This document shows, piece by piece, positions 55,761 through 64,000 of a DNA stretch of 64,000 nt. This stretch comes from an uncultured Neomegalonema sp. (GTDB lineage: Bacteria; Pseudomonadota; Alphaproteobacteria; Rhodobacterales; Rhodobacteraceae). Within the stretch, counting starts at the first letter, position 1. Every line of letters starts with the position of its first letter. The translations under genes and the position numbers were made by a program. The stretch is from contig CALFFK010000088.1 of assembly GCA_937957975.1 (NCBI GenBank), positions 12,758 to 76,757 of the forward strand, read 5' to 3'. The notes beneath the pieces are model-generated. The model was given only the letters and a program-made list of their open reading frames with translations. It was not told the DNA's origin and did no database searches.

Positions 55761-56975
55761 ATGCGACGTGTGGTCGTCACCGGAACGGGCGTCGTGTCCG
55801 CGCTCGGCATTGGGTACGACGCGCATGTTGACGCCTTGCGCGCGGGGCGGTCGGGCATTGGCCCTATCGAATTGATTGAAACCGAGGGGCTAACTATCGG
55901 CATTGCTGCCGAAGCCAAAGGCTATGTCGCCACCGACCATTTCAACAAAAACGACCTGACCTTGCGGGATCGCGTTACCCAGATGGCGCTGACGGCGGCA
56001 AAGGAAGCGATTGGACAATCCGGTGTCGAGTTTACCGAAGAACTGGGAATGCGCACTGCCACGGTGATTGGTACTTCCATGGGCGGCCAACATACCCAGG
56101 ATGATAATTACCGGCTCATCTACCGCGATGGTAAACAGCGTGTGCATCCCTTTACCGTGCCCAAGCTGATGGCCAATGCACCGGCAAGCTGGATCAGCAT
56201 GGAGCATGGGTTGAAAGGGCCGGCATGGTCTGTCTCTACCGCCTGTGCCTCCTCAAACCATGCTATCGGGCAAGCCTTTCAGTTGATCCGGTGTGGCATG
56301 GCCGATGCCGCCGTAACGGGGGGCTGCGAGTCGGGCCTGACCTACGGCGTGCTGAAAGCGTGGGAAGGCTTGCGCGTCATGTCGAAGGACACCTGCCGCC
56401 CCTTTTCCAAAAACCGTAGCGGGATGGTGCAGGGCGAGGGGGCCGCAATCCTCGTGCTGGAGGAGATGGAGGCCGCAAAGGCGCGCGGGGCGACTATCCT
56501 TGGTGAAGTCGTCGGTTTTGGCATGACTGCGGATTCGAACGACATTGTGCAGCCCTCACTGGATGGGGCCGCGCGGGCGATGCGAGCCGCGCTTGCAGAT
56601 GCCGGGCTGGGTGGTGGAGAGATTGCCTATATTAACGCCCATGGCACAGCCACGACGGCGAATGACAAGACCGAATGTGCCGCGATACGGGATGTGTTCG
56701 GTGATCATGCTGACCGTTTGCTGGTTTCCTCTACGAAATCCATGCATGGCCATTGCATCGGGGCGGCGGGTGCGCTGGAAATGGCGGCGACCCTTTCGGC
56801 CCTTGGCTCCGGGATCGTGCCGCCAACCGCCAATTTTGAGGAAGCGGACCCCGAGTGTGATCTTGACGTGGTGCCGAATGAAGCCCGCGAAACCGATGTT
56901 CCTTTCGCGCTCTCCAATTCCTTTGCTTTTGGTGGTCTTAACGCGGTTCTGGTCGTTCGTCGCTTTGACGATTGA
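55761..56975 (+). CDS. Beta-ketoacyl-ACP synthase (KAS I/II, NodE/FabF-like)
   Basis: Cys-His-His triad context 'STACASS', 'NAHGTAT' and 'SMHGHCIGAAG'. It starts 8 nt after the ACP stop. Confidence 0.9.
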   Translation: MRRVVVTGTGVVSALGIGYDAHVDALRAGRSGIGPIELIETEGLTIGIAAEAKGYVATDHFNKNDLTLRDRVTQMALTAAKEAIGQSGVEFTEELGMRTATVIGTSMGGQHTQDDNYRLIYRDGKQRVHPFTVPKLMANAPASWISMEHGLKGPAWSVSTACASSNHAIGQAFQLIRCGMADAAVTGGCESGLTYGVLKAWEGLRVMSKDTCRPFSKNRSGMVQGEGAAILVLEEMEAAKARGATILGEVVGFGMTADSNDIVQPSLDGAARAMRAALADAGLGGGEIAYINAHGTATTANDKTECAAIRDVFGDHADRLLVSSTKSMHGHCIGAAGALEMAATLSALGSGIVPPTANFEEADPECDLDVVPNEARETDVPFALSNSFAFGGLNAVLVVRRFDD

Positions 56976-57056
56976 TTTTCGGCGTTCAGAGTATTTGGCG
57001 ATCAAGATGAGTCAGGAATTGCGCCAAGAGCCGCGTATTTCCTGACACTCTTTGGC

Positions 57057-57425
57057 TTAACCTGATCGCCGATTACTTTGGTCAGCGCGCGCGTCGGCCT
57101 TGTCTTCGTCCGGTAGGCTGGCCCACCACTCCGCATAAGGTGTGTTTTCCGGTTTTTGGCCATCGACAGGTTCGGCCCCGTCATCCCACCAGACCGGCCC
57201 CCGCTCGCCAAGCGCGCGCTTGGCGGCATCAATTGCTGCCCGTGCCGCGCGGATTTCCTCACCGGTTTCCGCCTTGCGCTCCCCAACTCGCCCCTTCATC
57301 AGCGCCTTAACCTGCGCGCGCCGCTCACCATCTGACAGCGCAGGATTGGTGCAGCGCCACAAAACACCCTTCGCGACGAAGTAACGACCATCGGGGGTGT
57401 TTGGGTATTTTTTCTGGCGGGACAT
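57057..57425 (-). CDS. Conserved-looking hypothetical protein
   Basis: The ORF contains 'PDGRYFVAKGVLWRCTNPAL' and a charged helical middle section. No family was assigned. Confidence 0.45.
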   Translation of the reverse strand: MSRQKKYPNTPDGRYFVAKGVLWRCTNPALSDGERRAQVKALMKGRVGERKAETGEEIRAARAAIDAAKRALGERGPVWWDDGAEPVDGQKPENTPYAEWWASLPDEDKADARADQSNRRSG

Positions 57426-57449
57426 GGGGTGATAGCTACCGCGCAATGT

Positions 57450-57489
57450 AAAAAAGAGAAGCGGCCTACGCTACGCAAGACGCTTTTCT
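57450..57489 (-). terminator. Rho-independent terminator after the nrdJ-small ORF unit
   Basis: On the minus strand the stem is agaaaagcg pairing with cgcttctct (one mismatch) around a 17-nt loop. It is followed by U6, seen as the plus-strand A-run at 57450-55. Confidence 0.6.
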
Positions 57490-57516
57490 TATGAAAAATA
57501 GAAGGCCAGTGACTTT

Positions 57517-57747
57517 TTACCCAGATTTGAGTCTGAATGCCGCCACGCGTGATCCAATGTGCTTCTGCTCCGTCAGCACCTCGGCGATACGTCCCTGATT
57601 GATGCCTAATTTAGCGGCGACGATGTCGTGACGGTCGCCAGACCACTTCATAAGCCATACAGCGATGGCTTCATTCGGGGTCAACCGTGTTCTCGTAATG
57701 GAAACATCATTCAATTCGAGAGAAGATATAAAAGTTTCTGGAACCAT
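57517..57747 (-). CDS. Small (76 aa) HTH-like protein co-transcribed with nrdJ
   Basis: A strong SD (aggagag) lies 6 nt before the ATG, which is 27 nt after the nrdJ stop. 'DIVAAKLGINQGRIAEVL' looks like a helix-turn-helix. Confidence 0.55.
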   Translation of the reverse strand: MVPETFISSLELNDVSITRTRLTPNEAIAVWLMKWSGDRHDIVAAKLGINQGRIAEVLTEQKHIGSRVAAFRLKSG

Positions 57748-57774
57748 TCTGGCTCTCCTATTTAGTGTTCAAGA

Positions 57775-60700
57775 TCAACTACACCCGTTCGTGCCACCAC
57801 AGGAATTGCACTTCAAACACGCGCCGTTCCTGACCAGCGTGAAATTCCCGCATTCGCCACAGGCATCGCCCTCGTAGCCCTTCATCTTCGCTTCGGCCAC
57901 GCGGTCGAGCACTTTGCTGGCCACGGATTCCGTGGCTTCAACCGCGCGTTCGGTAACGGTGCTTGTGCCGTCTGCTGCCGGGCTGACAGATTCAACGGCC
58001 AGATCGCCGGTGAAGCCATCGGGCAGCTTGGTGCGCAGATAGCCGGTCGAGGCAAGCTGTCGAACGATGTCGATGGCCGGGCGGGCCATGCCATTCTCGT
58101 TGATCGCGCGAATGTTCGGTCCTTTTTCGGGCGCGCTCAATTCATCGAAGCGAGTGCCGCCGGTGTCCACATGAGCCAGATCATTGCGGCCCGCATAGCT
58201 GACCGCCAGTTCGCGGAAGATGTAATCGAGGATCGAGGTGGCGTTCTTGATCGAATCGTTGCCCTGCACGACCCCCGCTGGCTCAAACCGGGTAAAGGTG
58301 AAGGCATCCACGAATTCCTCCAGCGGCACACCATATTGCAGGGCCAGCGACACGGCGATGGCAAAGTTGTTCATCATCGCCCGGAAGGCCGCGCCCTCCT
58401 TGTGCATATCAATGAAGATTTCACCGATGCGCCCGTCTTCATACTCGCCGGTTCGCAGATACACCTTATGCCCGCCGATGATGGCTTTTTGGGTGTAGCC
58501 CTTGCGACGCTGGGGCAGCTTTTCACGTTCGCGCTTGGCGACATCGCGATAGACGATCTTCTCGACAATCCGCTCGGCAAGGGCTTCGGCGCGCAGGGCG
58601 GCGGGGCGGTCGGCGGCGATGGCGTCGAGCAAATCGCTCTCGTCCTCATCATCGTCGATAAGCTGTGATGCCAATGGTTGCGAGAGTTTTGAGCCGTCGC
58701 GGTAGAGAGCGTTGGCTTTCAATGCAAGCTGCCACGACAGGATATAGGCGGCCTTGCAATCGTCGATGCTGGCCGAGTTGGGCATGTTCACGGTCTTGGA
58801 GATAGCGCCGGAGATAAAGGGCTGTGCAGCGGCCATCATGCGGATATGGCTCTCCCATGACAGATACCGCGTGCCTGTCTTGCCGCAGGGATTGGCACAA
58901 TCGAAGACATTGAGGTGATCGTCCGCCAGATACGGCGCGCCCTCAAGCGTCATGGTTCCGCAGGCATAGGCATTTGCCGCGTCGATTTCCTTGCGGCTGA
59001 ACCCAAGGTGACGAAGCATATCAAAACCGGGATCAATCAGTTTGGCGGCGTCGATGCCAAGAGTCTTGGTGCAAAATTCCTCGCCAAGACTCCACTGGTT
59101 GAAAGCGAACTTGACATCGAAGGCAGAACCAAGGCCGGCTTCCACAGCATCAATCTGGGTTTTGCCGAAGCCTTTGGCTGTCAGCGTCTCGTGATTGACG
59201 CCGGGTGCGTCTTTTAGCGTGCCATGGCCAACCGCGTGGTCGATGATCTCGCGGCTTTGCTGTTCGTTATAGCCGAGGGATTTGAGGGCCGCCGGAACGG
59301 CCTGATTGATAATCTTGAAGTAACCGCCCCCGGCGAGCTTTTTGAATTTGACCAACGCGAAATCCGGCTCGATCCCGGTGGTGTCGCAATCCATGACGAG
59401 GCCGATGGTGCCGGTGGGTGCAACCACGGAGGCCTGGGCATTGCGATAGCCGTGTTTTTCCCCGAGTGTGACGGCGCGTTCCCATGCGTCGCGGGCGGCG
59501 TTCACCAGCCGTTGATCAGGACAATTGGCATGGTCAAGGGGAACGGGGGCGGTGCGCAAACGCTCATAGCCCGCTTTTTCCCCGTTCGCCGCGCGGCGGT
59601 GGTTGCGCATAACGCGCAGCATGTCTTCGGCATTTTCGGCATGACGCGGGAAGGGGCCAACCTCAGAGGCGATCTCGGCAGAGGTGGCATAGGAAACGCC
59701 GGTCATAATGGCCGAAAGCGCACCACAGAGCGCTCTGCCTTCGTCGGAGTCGTAACCAAGCCCCATGGTCATCAGCAAACCGCCGATATTGGCGTAACCA
59801 AGACCGAGCGTGCGGAAATCATAGGAGCCTTGTGCGATGGCTTCGGATGGAAATTGCGCCATCAGGACCGAGACTTCGAGGGTCAGTGTCCACAGGCGCA
59901 CGGCATGTTCATAGGCCGAAATGTCGAATTTGCCGCTCTTGTCGGTGAATGCGAGCAAATTCATCGAGGCAAGATTACACGCCGTATCGTCGAGGAACAT
60001 ATATTCGGAACACGGGTTCGATCCCCGGATCGGGCCGGAATTGGGGCAGGTGTGCCAGTCATTTACCGTGTCATGGTACTGGATTCCGGGATCAGCGCAG
60101 GACCATGCGGCGTGGCCTACCCGGTCCCAAAGATCGGATGCAGAGATGGTCTTGGCCACCTTGCCGTCAGTGCGGCGAATGAGATCCCAGTCCTTGCCTT
60201 GCTGGGCTGCGGCGAGGAAATCGTCGGTAACGCGAATAGAGTTATTGGCGTTCTGGCCCGCAACGCTGAGATAGGCTTCCGAATCCCAATCGGCTTCATA
60301 AGTCGGGAATTCGATGCTTTCATATCCCTGCTTTGCATATTGCAGCACACGCTGGACGTAATTATCCGGGATGCAAGCCTTGCGTGCTTCCTTGATCGCG
60401 CTTTTCAGGGTGGCGTTCTTCTTGGGGTCGATGGCATCGGCTTCAACACCATCCCACGTTTTCACCGCGCACATCACGGCGTTGAGGTGACGTGCATGGA
60501 GCTTCGATCCGGCGACAAGGGAGGCTACTTTTTGTTCTTCCTTGACCTTCCAATCGACGAAATCCTCAATATCAGGGTGATCGGCATCAATGATGACCAT
60601 CTTCGCCGCACGGCGGGTGGTCCCGCCCGACTTGATCGCACCGGCGGCACGATCGCCAATCTTCAGGAAGCTGATAAGACCGGAGGAGCGGCCCCCGCCT

Positions 60701-61437
60701 GATAGCGGCTCACCCTCACCGCGCAGATTGGAAAAGTTTGTGCCAGTGCCAGAGCCGTATTTGAACAAACGCGCTTCGCGAACCCAAAGGTCCATAATTC
60801 CGCCTTCGGTGACAAGATCATCGGTGACGGACTGGATAAAGCAGGCATGGGGCTGTGGGTGTTCGTAGCTGGAGGTAGCGCGCACCATCTTGCCGGTCTT
60901 GTAATCAACATAGAAATGGCCCTGACTTGGGCCGTCTATGCCATAGGCCCAGTGGAGTCCTGTGTTGAACCATTGGGGAGAGTTCGGCGCGGCCTTTTGG
61001 GTGGCCAACATCACACGCATTTCATCGTAATAGGCGCGGGCGTCGGATTCGGCAGTGAAATAACCGCCCTTCCAACCCCAATAGGCCCACGCACCCGCGA
61101 GGCGGTCGAACACCTGTTTTGCGCTGTGCTCGCCCGTCATACGCTCGTCTTCGGGTAGCTTTTCGAGGGCTTTGCCATCGGGTACAGAACGCCAAAGAAA
61201 TTCGGGAACGTCTTTTTCTTTCACGCGCTTGAGTGCGGCGGGCACACCGGCCTTGCGGAAATATTTCTGGGCCAGCACGTCGCAAGCAACCTGCGACCAT
61301 TTTTTTGGGGCTTCGACATCGCCAAGATGGAAGACGATCGAGCCGTCAGGGTTGCGAATTTCGCTGACGATTGTTTTGAAATCGATGCCTGCATAGGCGT
61401 CGTTGTCTGCCGTGGTTTCGAAACGCTCGATCTTCAT
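57775..61437 (-). CDS. nrdJ: Class II (adenosylcobalamin-dependent) ribonucleotide reductase NrdJ
   Basis: 1220 aa. It has the active-site region '[21 protein letters not shown]' and the C-terminal Cys-rich tail '[22 protein letters not shown]'. Confidence 0.97.
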   Translation of the reverse strand: MKIERFETTADNDAYAGIDFKTIVSEIRNPDGSIVFHLGDVEAPKKWSQVACDVLAQKYFRKAGVPAALKRVKEKDVPEFLWRSVPDGKALEKLPEDERMTGEHSAKQVFDRLAGAWAYWGWKGGYFTAESDARAYYDEMRVMLATQKAAPNSPQWFNTGLHWAYGIDGPSQGHFYVDYKTGKMVRATSSYEHPQPHACFIQSVTDDLVTEGGIMDLWVREARLFKYGSGTGTNFSNLRGEGEPLSGGGRSSGLISFLKIGDRAAGAIKSGGTTRRAAKMVIIDADHPDIEDFVDWKVKEEQKVASLVAGSKLHARHLNAVMCAVKTWDGVEADAIDPKKNATLKSAIKEARKACIPDNYVQRVLQYAKQGYESIEFPTYEADWDSEAYLSVAGQNANNSIRVTDDFLAAAQQGKDWDLIRRTDGKVAKTISASDLWDRVGHAAWSCADPGIQYHDTVNDWHTCPNSGPIRGSNPCSEYMFLDDTACNLASMNLLAFTDKSGKFDISAYEHAVRLWTLTLEVSVLMAQFPSEAIAQGSYDFRTLGLGYANIGGLLMTMGLGYDSDEGRALCGALSAIMTGVSYATSAEIASEVGPFPRHAENAEDMLRVMRNHRRAANGEKAGYERLRTAPVPLDHANCPDQRLVNAARDAWERAVTLGEKHGYRNAQASVVAPTGTIGLVMDCDTTGIEPDFALVKFKKLAGGGYFKIINQAVPAALKSLGYNEQQSREIIDHAVGHGTLKDAPGVNHETLTAKGFGKTQIDAVEAGLGSAFDVKFAFNQWSLGEEFCTKTLGIDAAKLIDPGFDMLRHLGFSRKEIDAANAYACGTMTLEGAPYLADDHLNVFDCANPCGKTGTRYLSWESHIRMMAAAQPFISGAISKTVNMPNSASIDDCKAAYILSWQLALKANALYRDGSKLSQPLASQLIDDDEDESDLLDAIAADRPAALRAEALAERIVEKIVYRDVAKREREKLPQRRKGYTQKAIIGGHKVYLRTGEYEDGRIGEIFIDMHKEGAAFRAMMNNFAIAVSLALQYGVPLEEFVDAFTFTRFEPAGVVQGNDSIKNATSILDYIFRELAVSYAGRNDLAHVDTGGTRFDELSAPEKGPNIRAINENGMARPAIDIVRQLASTGYLRTKLPDGFTGDLAVESVSPAADGTSTVTERAVEATESVASKVLDRVAEAKMKGYEGDACGECGNFTLVRNGACLKCNSCGGTNGCS

Positions 61438-61851
61438 GTCTCTGCTCCCTCTTGTATGACGATCCGTCCACCCAAGGGCGCGTTTCGCCTTCTTTTTTCA
61501 TCGTTTGAATTCGCCGCCAGCCCTAAGCTATTCATGCGGTTCATCTTTTCGTTACTATGCCAAAATAAGGCAAAAACACACAACATATGGTACAGCCCTG
61601 TCAGTTCACACCCCATTCTTAGTGGTCGCGTTCCTGTCAATGCAAGTGCATTTTAACAGATTTTTTTCGGTGTGAGTCCAACCGAAAACGAGGGCGGCCA
61701 AGCATAGGGAACCATGCAGTTTTCAGCAGAAACCGGTTGGGGATGGTTCCGTGGATAAACAGGGGACGGTTCAGACGGGCTGCAAGTTGTTACCTAAAAT
61801 TAACCTTTTCCATGGAAGAATCAGGGTTCCGATTACGCGGAATTGAGAACC

Positions 61852-62328
61852 ATGGCCGACTCGCTCATTTTTCTGATCGAACCAGATGCACCGCGTCGCA
61901 AGGCTATCCTTGCTGTGCTTCAGCGTGTTCCAGGTGTTGACGTTAGCATTTTCGACAGCCTTGCGCTAACCCGCAAGGCAATGCGTTCCCGCGTGCCCCA
62001 GTTGATAATCGGTCCATGGGCGCAAGGCGGCGAAACGATGTTGGCGGCCCGTGCCGCCGCCAGCGGCAATGCCGCCTACACCGAAGTACCACAAGCACTT
62101 GTCTTGACAGATCGTGTGTCACCAGCGCGCATTTCCCTGACGCGACAGGCAGGCAGTGCCGAGCTAATTCCGTGTGACCCGCTCGACGAAGAGGGTCTGT
62201 TCAATCGGATCACGCTGCTGCTGTGCGGTCCCGATGCGTTATACGAGACGCTCGGCAATGAATCGAAGACGACCTTCGAATCCGCCCTTGAAAATATGCC
62301 AGCCCTCAAGCGCAGGTTCGTCGCGTAA
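61852..62328 (+). CDS. Receiver-like (pseudo-receiver) single-domain protein
   Basis: The CheY-like pattern 'LIFLIEPDAP...PQLIIGPW' has Gly where the phospho-acceptor Asp is expected. Confidence 0.5.
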   Translation: MADSLIFLIEPDAPRRKAILAVLQRVPGVDVSIFDSLALTRKAMRSRVPQLIIGPWAQGGETMLAARAAASGNAAYTEVPQALVLTDRVSPARISLTRQAGSAELIPCDPLDEEGLFNRITLLLCGPDALYETLGNESKTTFESALENMPALKRRFVA

Positions 62329-62462
62329 TAGAGTTCGATAAAAATCCGATTGCTGGGTTTTTAGAACAATTGTTTCCAAATTATCCGTTCCTACAGACCT
62401 GACATTAAACCCCCCGGCTTTACAGTCCAGAACAGGGACAGTGAAATCGGGGGATTTCAATA

Positions 62463-63005
62463 ATGAAAAATACGGGGAACCATGATTCGCACGATATGCG
62501 GATCGACGCGCGGATTCTGAAGCACCTGTTGCATGAAGCAACAGATATGCTGGAAGAAGCACAAACACATGCACTGGTAGAGAAACATTCTGCAATGACC
62601 GCGCATGTTCTCGCCCAAGCGAATTGGCGGATGACGGCGACATGCTCCTGGGCAGTCAGCGAGTTGATACCGACGCCAGGTGAGGAAGGACAAGCAGCAA
62701 GGCTTCACGCTCCATCGCCAATCTTTTCGCGCGATGAGGGCGAGATTTCATCGCAACTTGCCGACTTTATGCTGCGTGTGGACCGCTTGCATGACCGCGC
62801 AAGGCGGCTGGACGAGTTGTCACGGGGACCGATGGTCTCAACGGAACTTCATCAACAGGAGCAATCCACATCGTGCCTGGAAAGCGAGCAAGGGGGCGCG
62901 TCGATTATCCCCCTGTTCGGGCATCGAAGCGCCCATAGCGGGAATGTGGACCCGGTTGGTGACAACCTTACACGGCTGCGCCGGGCTATGGCAGGGCACG
63001 AATAG
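62463..63005 (+). CDS. Divergent DUF1465 / RcdA-like protein
   Basis: Three segments resemble my recollection of Caulobacter RcdA: 'HEATDMLEEAQTH', 'ANWRMTATCSWAVSE' and 'LRVDRLHDRARRLDE'. The conserved 'ESMRLTTRLM' core is poorly kept. Confidence 0.45.
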   Translation: MKNTGNHDSHDMRIDARILKHLLHEATDMLEEAQTHALVEKHSAMTAHVLAQANWRMTATCSWAVSELIPTPGEEGQAARLHAPSPIFSRDEGEISSQLADFMLRVDRLHDRARRLDELSRGPMVSTELHQQEQSTSCLESEQGGASIIPLFGHRSAHSGNVDPVGDNLTRLRRAMAGHE

Positions 63006-63162
63006 AGTGGAACGATATCGGGACGGCATCGGCATCTGCCATAACCTGCCTCAAACGCGCCTTACTGCGGTTCAACTCTGCTGTAAAACTTGGTAGAGCG
63101 TTGGCGGTATAGTCAACGGTGCGTATGCCTTCCGTCTGGAACTACTCGAAAGGAATTCAGCG

Positions 63163-63678
63163 ATGCGTCTGGCTCTTGTCGCTTTGCTCGGTGTTCTCTT
63201 GCCTCTCTCGGCAGTGGCACAATCGACTCAACCCACGTCGCCACCACCATCACCCACGCTGAAGGCCACGCATGGTCAGTGGGAGGTTCAATGCTACGGG
63301 CCGGATGATTGCATCATGGTTCAGCTACACAAGCGGACGGCTGAGACAGCGGATGCGGTTTTTACGATCTTCAGGCCCAAGGGGCTGACCGACAATGCCG
63401 GGCAACCAATTCTTGCATTGGCTGAAATCGTTGTGCCGCTTGGCGTCTTCCTGCCCGGTGCGCTTGGGTTGCAGGTCGATCAGAACGAGCCGAGGGCTGT
63501 GCCGTTCGAACGGTGTATTCCCGATGGGTGTGTGGTTCGTGCGCCGATTGCCCCTGCGATGCTGGAGCAGATGAAAGTTGGGGGGACGGCACACATAATC
63601 CTTTCACCCAGCCCGGAAGATCGCGTGCGCTTGCCGATTTCCCTGAGCGGGTTTACGGCGGCGTTTGACAGCCTTTGA
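63163..63678 (+). CDS. Invasion-associated locus B (IalB) family periplasmic protein
   Basis: It has a signal peptide, plus 'GQWEVQCYG', 'ERCIPDGCV' and 'ISLSGFTAAFDSL'. Confidence 0.8.
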   Translation: MRLALVALLGVLLPLSAVAQSTQPTSPPPSPTLKATHGQWEVQCYGPDDCIMVQLHKRTAETADAVFTIFRPKGLTDNAGQPILALAEIVVPLGVFLPGALGLQVDQNEPRAVPFERCIPDGCVVRAPIAPAMLEQMKVGGTAHIILSPSPEDRVRLPISLSGFTAAFDSL

Positions 63679-63820
63679 GTATCAAGGCCGGGCGATGTGG
63701 CAGGACGCTGTCCTATCTATTGCCTGGCCCAGACCATCGTTGATGCCCCGTGCGAGGCTGTATCCAAAAGATCGTTGTATCTTGCATGGTTCATTGCTGT
63801 ATCAGCCCTGAATGCGTGAG

Positions 63821-64000
63821 ATGGAAGCAAAGCCCGGAAAGTTCGTCACAGGGTCGATTCTACGACATACTGTAATGATGACCCTCAGTTCCGGGGCCGG
63901 ATTGCTCGCGATCTTTCTCGTCGATCTCGCTGATCTCTATTTCATCTCGCTGCTCGGTAAGGATGCGCTGGCCGCTGCTGTGGGATATGCTGGAACGCTT
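63821..64000 (+). CDS. MATE-family efflux transporter, N-terminal 60 aa (3' end cut by window edge)
   Basis: Hand translation gives MEAKPGKFVTGSILRHTVMMTLSSGAGLLAIFLVDLADLYFISLLGKDALAAAVGYAGTL, which fits the MATE N-terminal pattern. An in-frame ATG also lies at 63812. Confidence 0.6.
   Translation, partial: MEAKPGKFVTGSILRHTVMMTLSSGAGLLAIFLVDLADLYFISLLGKDALAAAVGYAGTL

Noticed and set aside
61578-61593. An NrdR box upstream of nrdJ (minus strand GTACCATATGTTGTGT, about 11/16 to acaCwAtATaTwGtgt).
   Set aside because: Only one weak box is present, with no properly spaced second box, whereas NrdR sites normally occur in tandem. It is kept only as a note inside the leader finding.
61690-61800. 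A cobalamin riboswitch near nrdJ ('AUAGGGAACCAUG' resembles the 'AAUAGGGAA...GGUG' start of the B12 element).
   Set aside because: The match is on the plus strand, the wrong strand for nrdJ. It lacks the B12 box and the 'GCCACUG' segment. A B12-dependent enzyme is also not the expected target of B12 repression.
63700-63725. A guanidine-II (mini-ykkC) type hairpin upstream of the MATE transporter ('AGGACGCUGUCCU').
   Set aside because: The loop is not the conserved ACGR tetraloop closed by C-G pairs, and there is no second tandem hairpin.

Overview
This looks like a core-genome chromosomal window from a moderately GC-rich alphaproteobacterium. The lineage call rests on ntrYX-trkA-trkH-hfq-hflX synteny, the crcB-rluC-HAD-atp12 block and 'VIPAKAGI'-type palindromic repeats, not on any search. 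I support about 60 protein genes and one initiator tRNA-Met. I saw no rRNA, CRISPR array, transposase, integrase or phage genes.

Gene blocks in order:
- 1-8.5 kb: ntrY (5' truncated), ntrX, trkA, trkH, hfq, hflX, with a convergent miaA.
- 8.8-13.9 kb: crcB-rluC-HAD-atp12 (ATGA-coupled), a thioredoxin-like gene, ubiX, DUF465 and a GATase.
- 14-18.6 kb: class-III-like phaC, phaR, a sulfotransferase, an alpha/alpha-toroid protein and tRNA-fMet.
- 18.6-24.4 kb: dnaE, folE and a non-Pyl MttB-family methyltransferase.
- 24.4-40.3 kb: a reductive pyrimidine-catabolism locus. It holds an ABC transporter, cupin, degenerate Nudix, dihydropyrimidinase, carbamoyl-amidohydrolase, RutR and preT/preA. A roughly 4.3 kb block interrupts it (small ORF, EamA transporter, ICL/PEPM-family enzyme, radical SAM and DUF547 lipoprotein).
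- 40.3-43.3 kb: an enolase-superfamily dehydratase, gnd and gntK.
- 43.3-49.3 kb: a six-gene glycosyltransferase / histidine-phosphatase / deacetylase-like cluster in which every junction is a 4-nt ATGA overlap.
- 49.4-57 kb: a large MscS channel, a mepK-like and ldtD-like pair, then an LpxD paralog with its own ACP and KAS.
- 57-64 kb: a hypothetical gene, nrdJ with a coupled small HTH ORF and a 414-bp leader, a pseudo-receiver plus a divergent DUF1465/RcdA-like protein, IalB, and a MATE transporter (3' truncated).

Nothing here is a recognisable defence or mobile system. The best candidates for undescribed biology are:
- the coupled glycosyltransferase cluster;
- the ldtD-lpxD2-acp-kas unit;
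- the radical-SAM/DUF547 pair;
- the pseudo-receiver/RcdA-like pair.

All functional calls come from motif recognition by eye. No database search was run.
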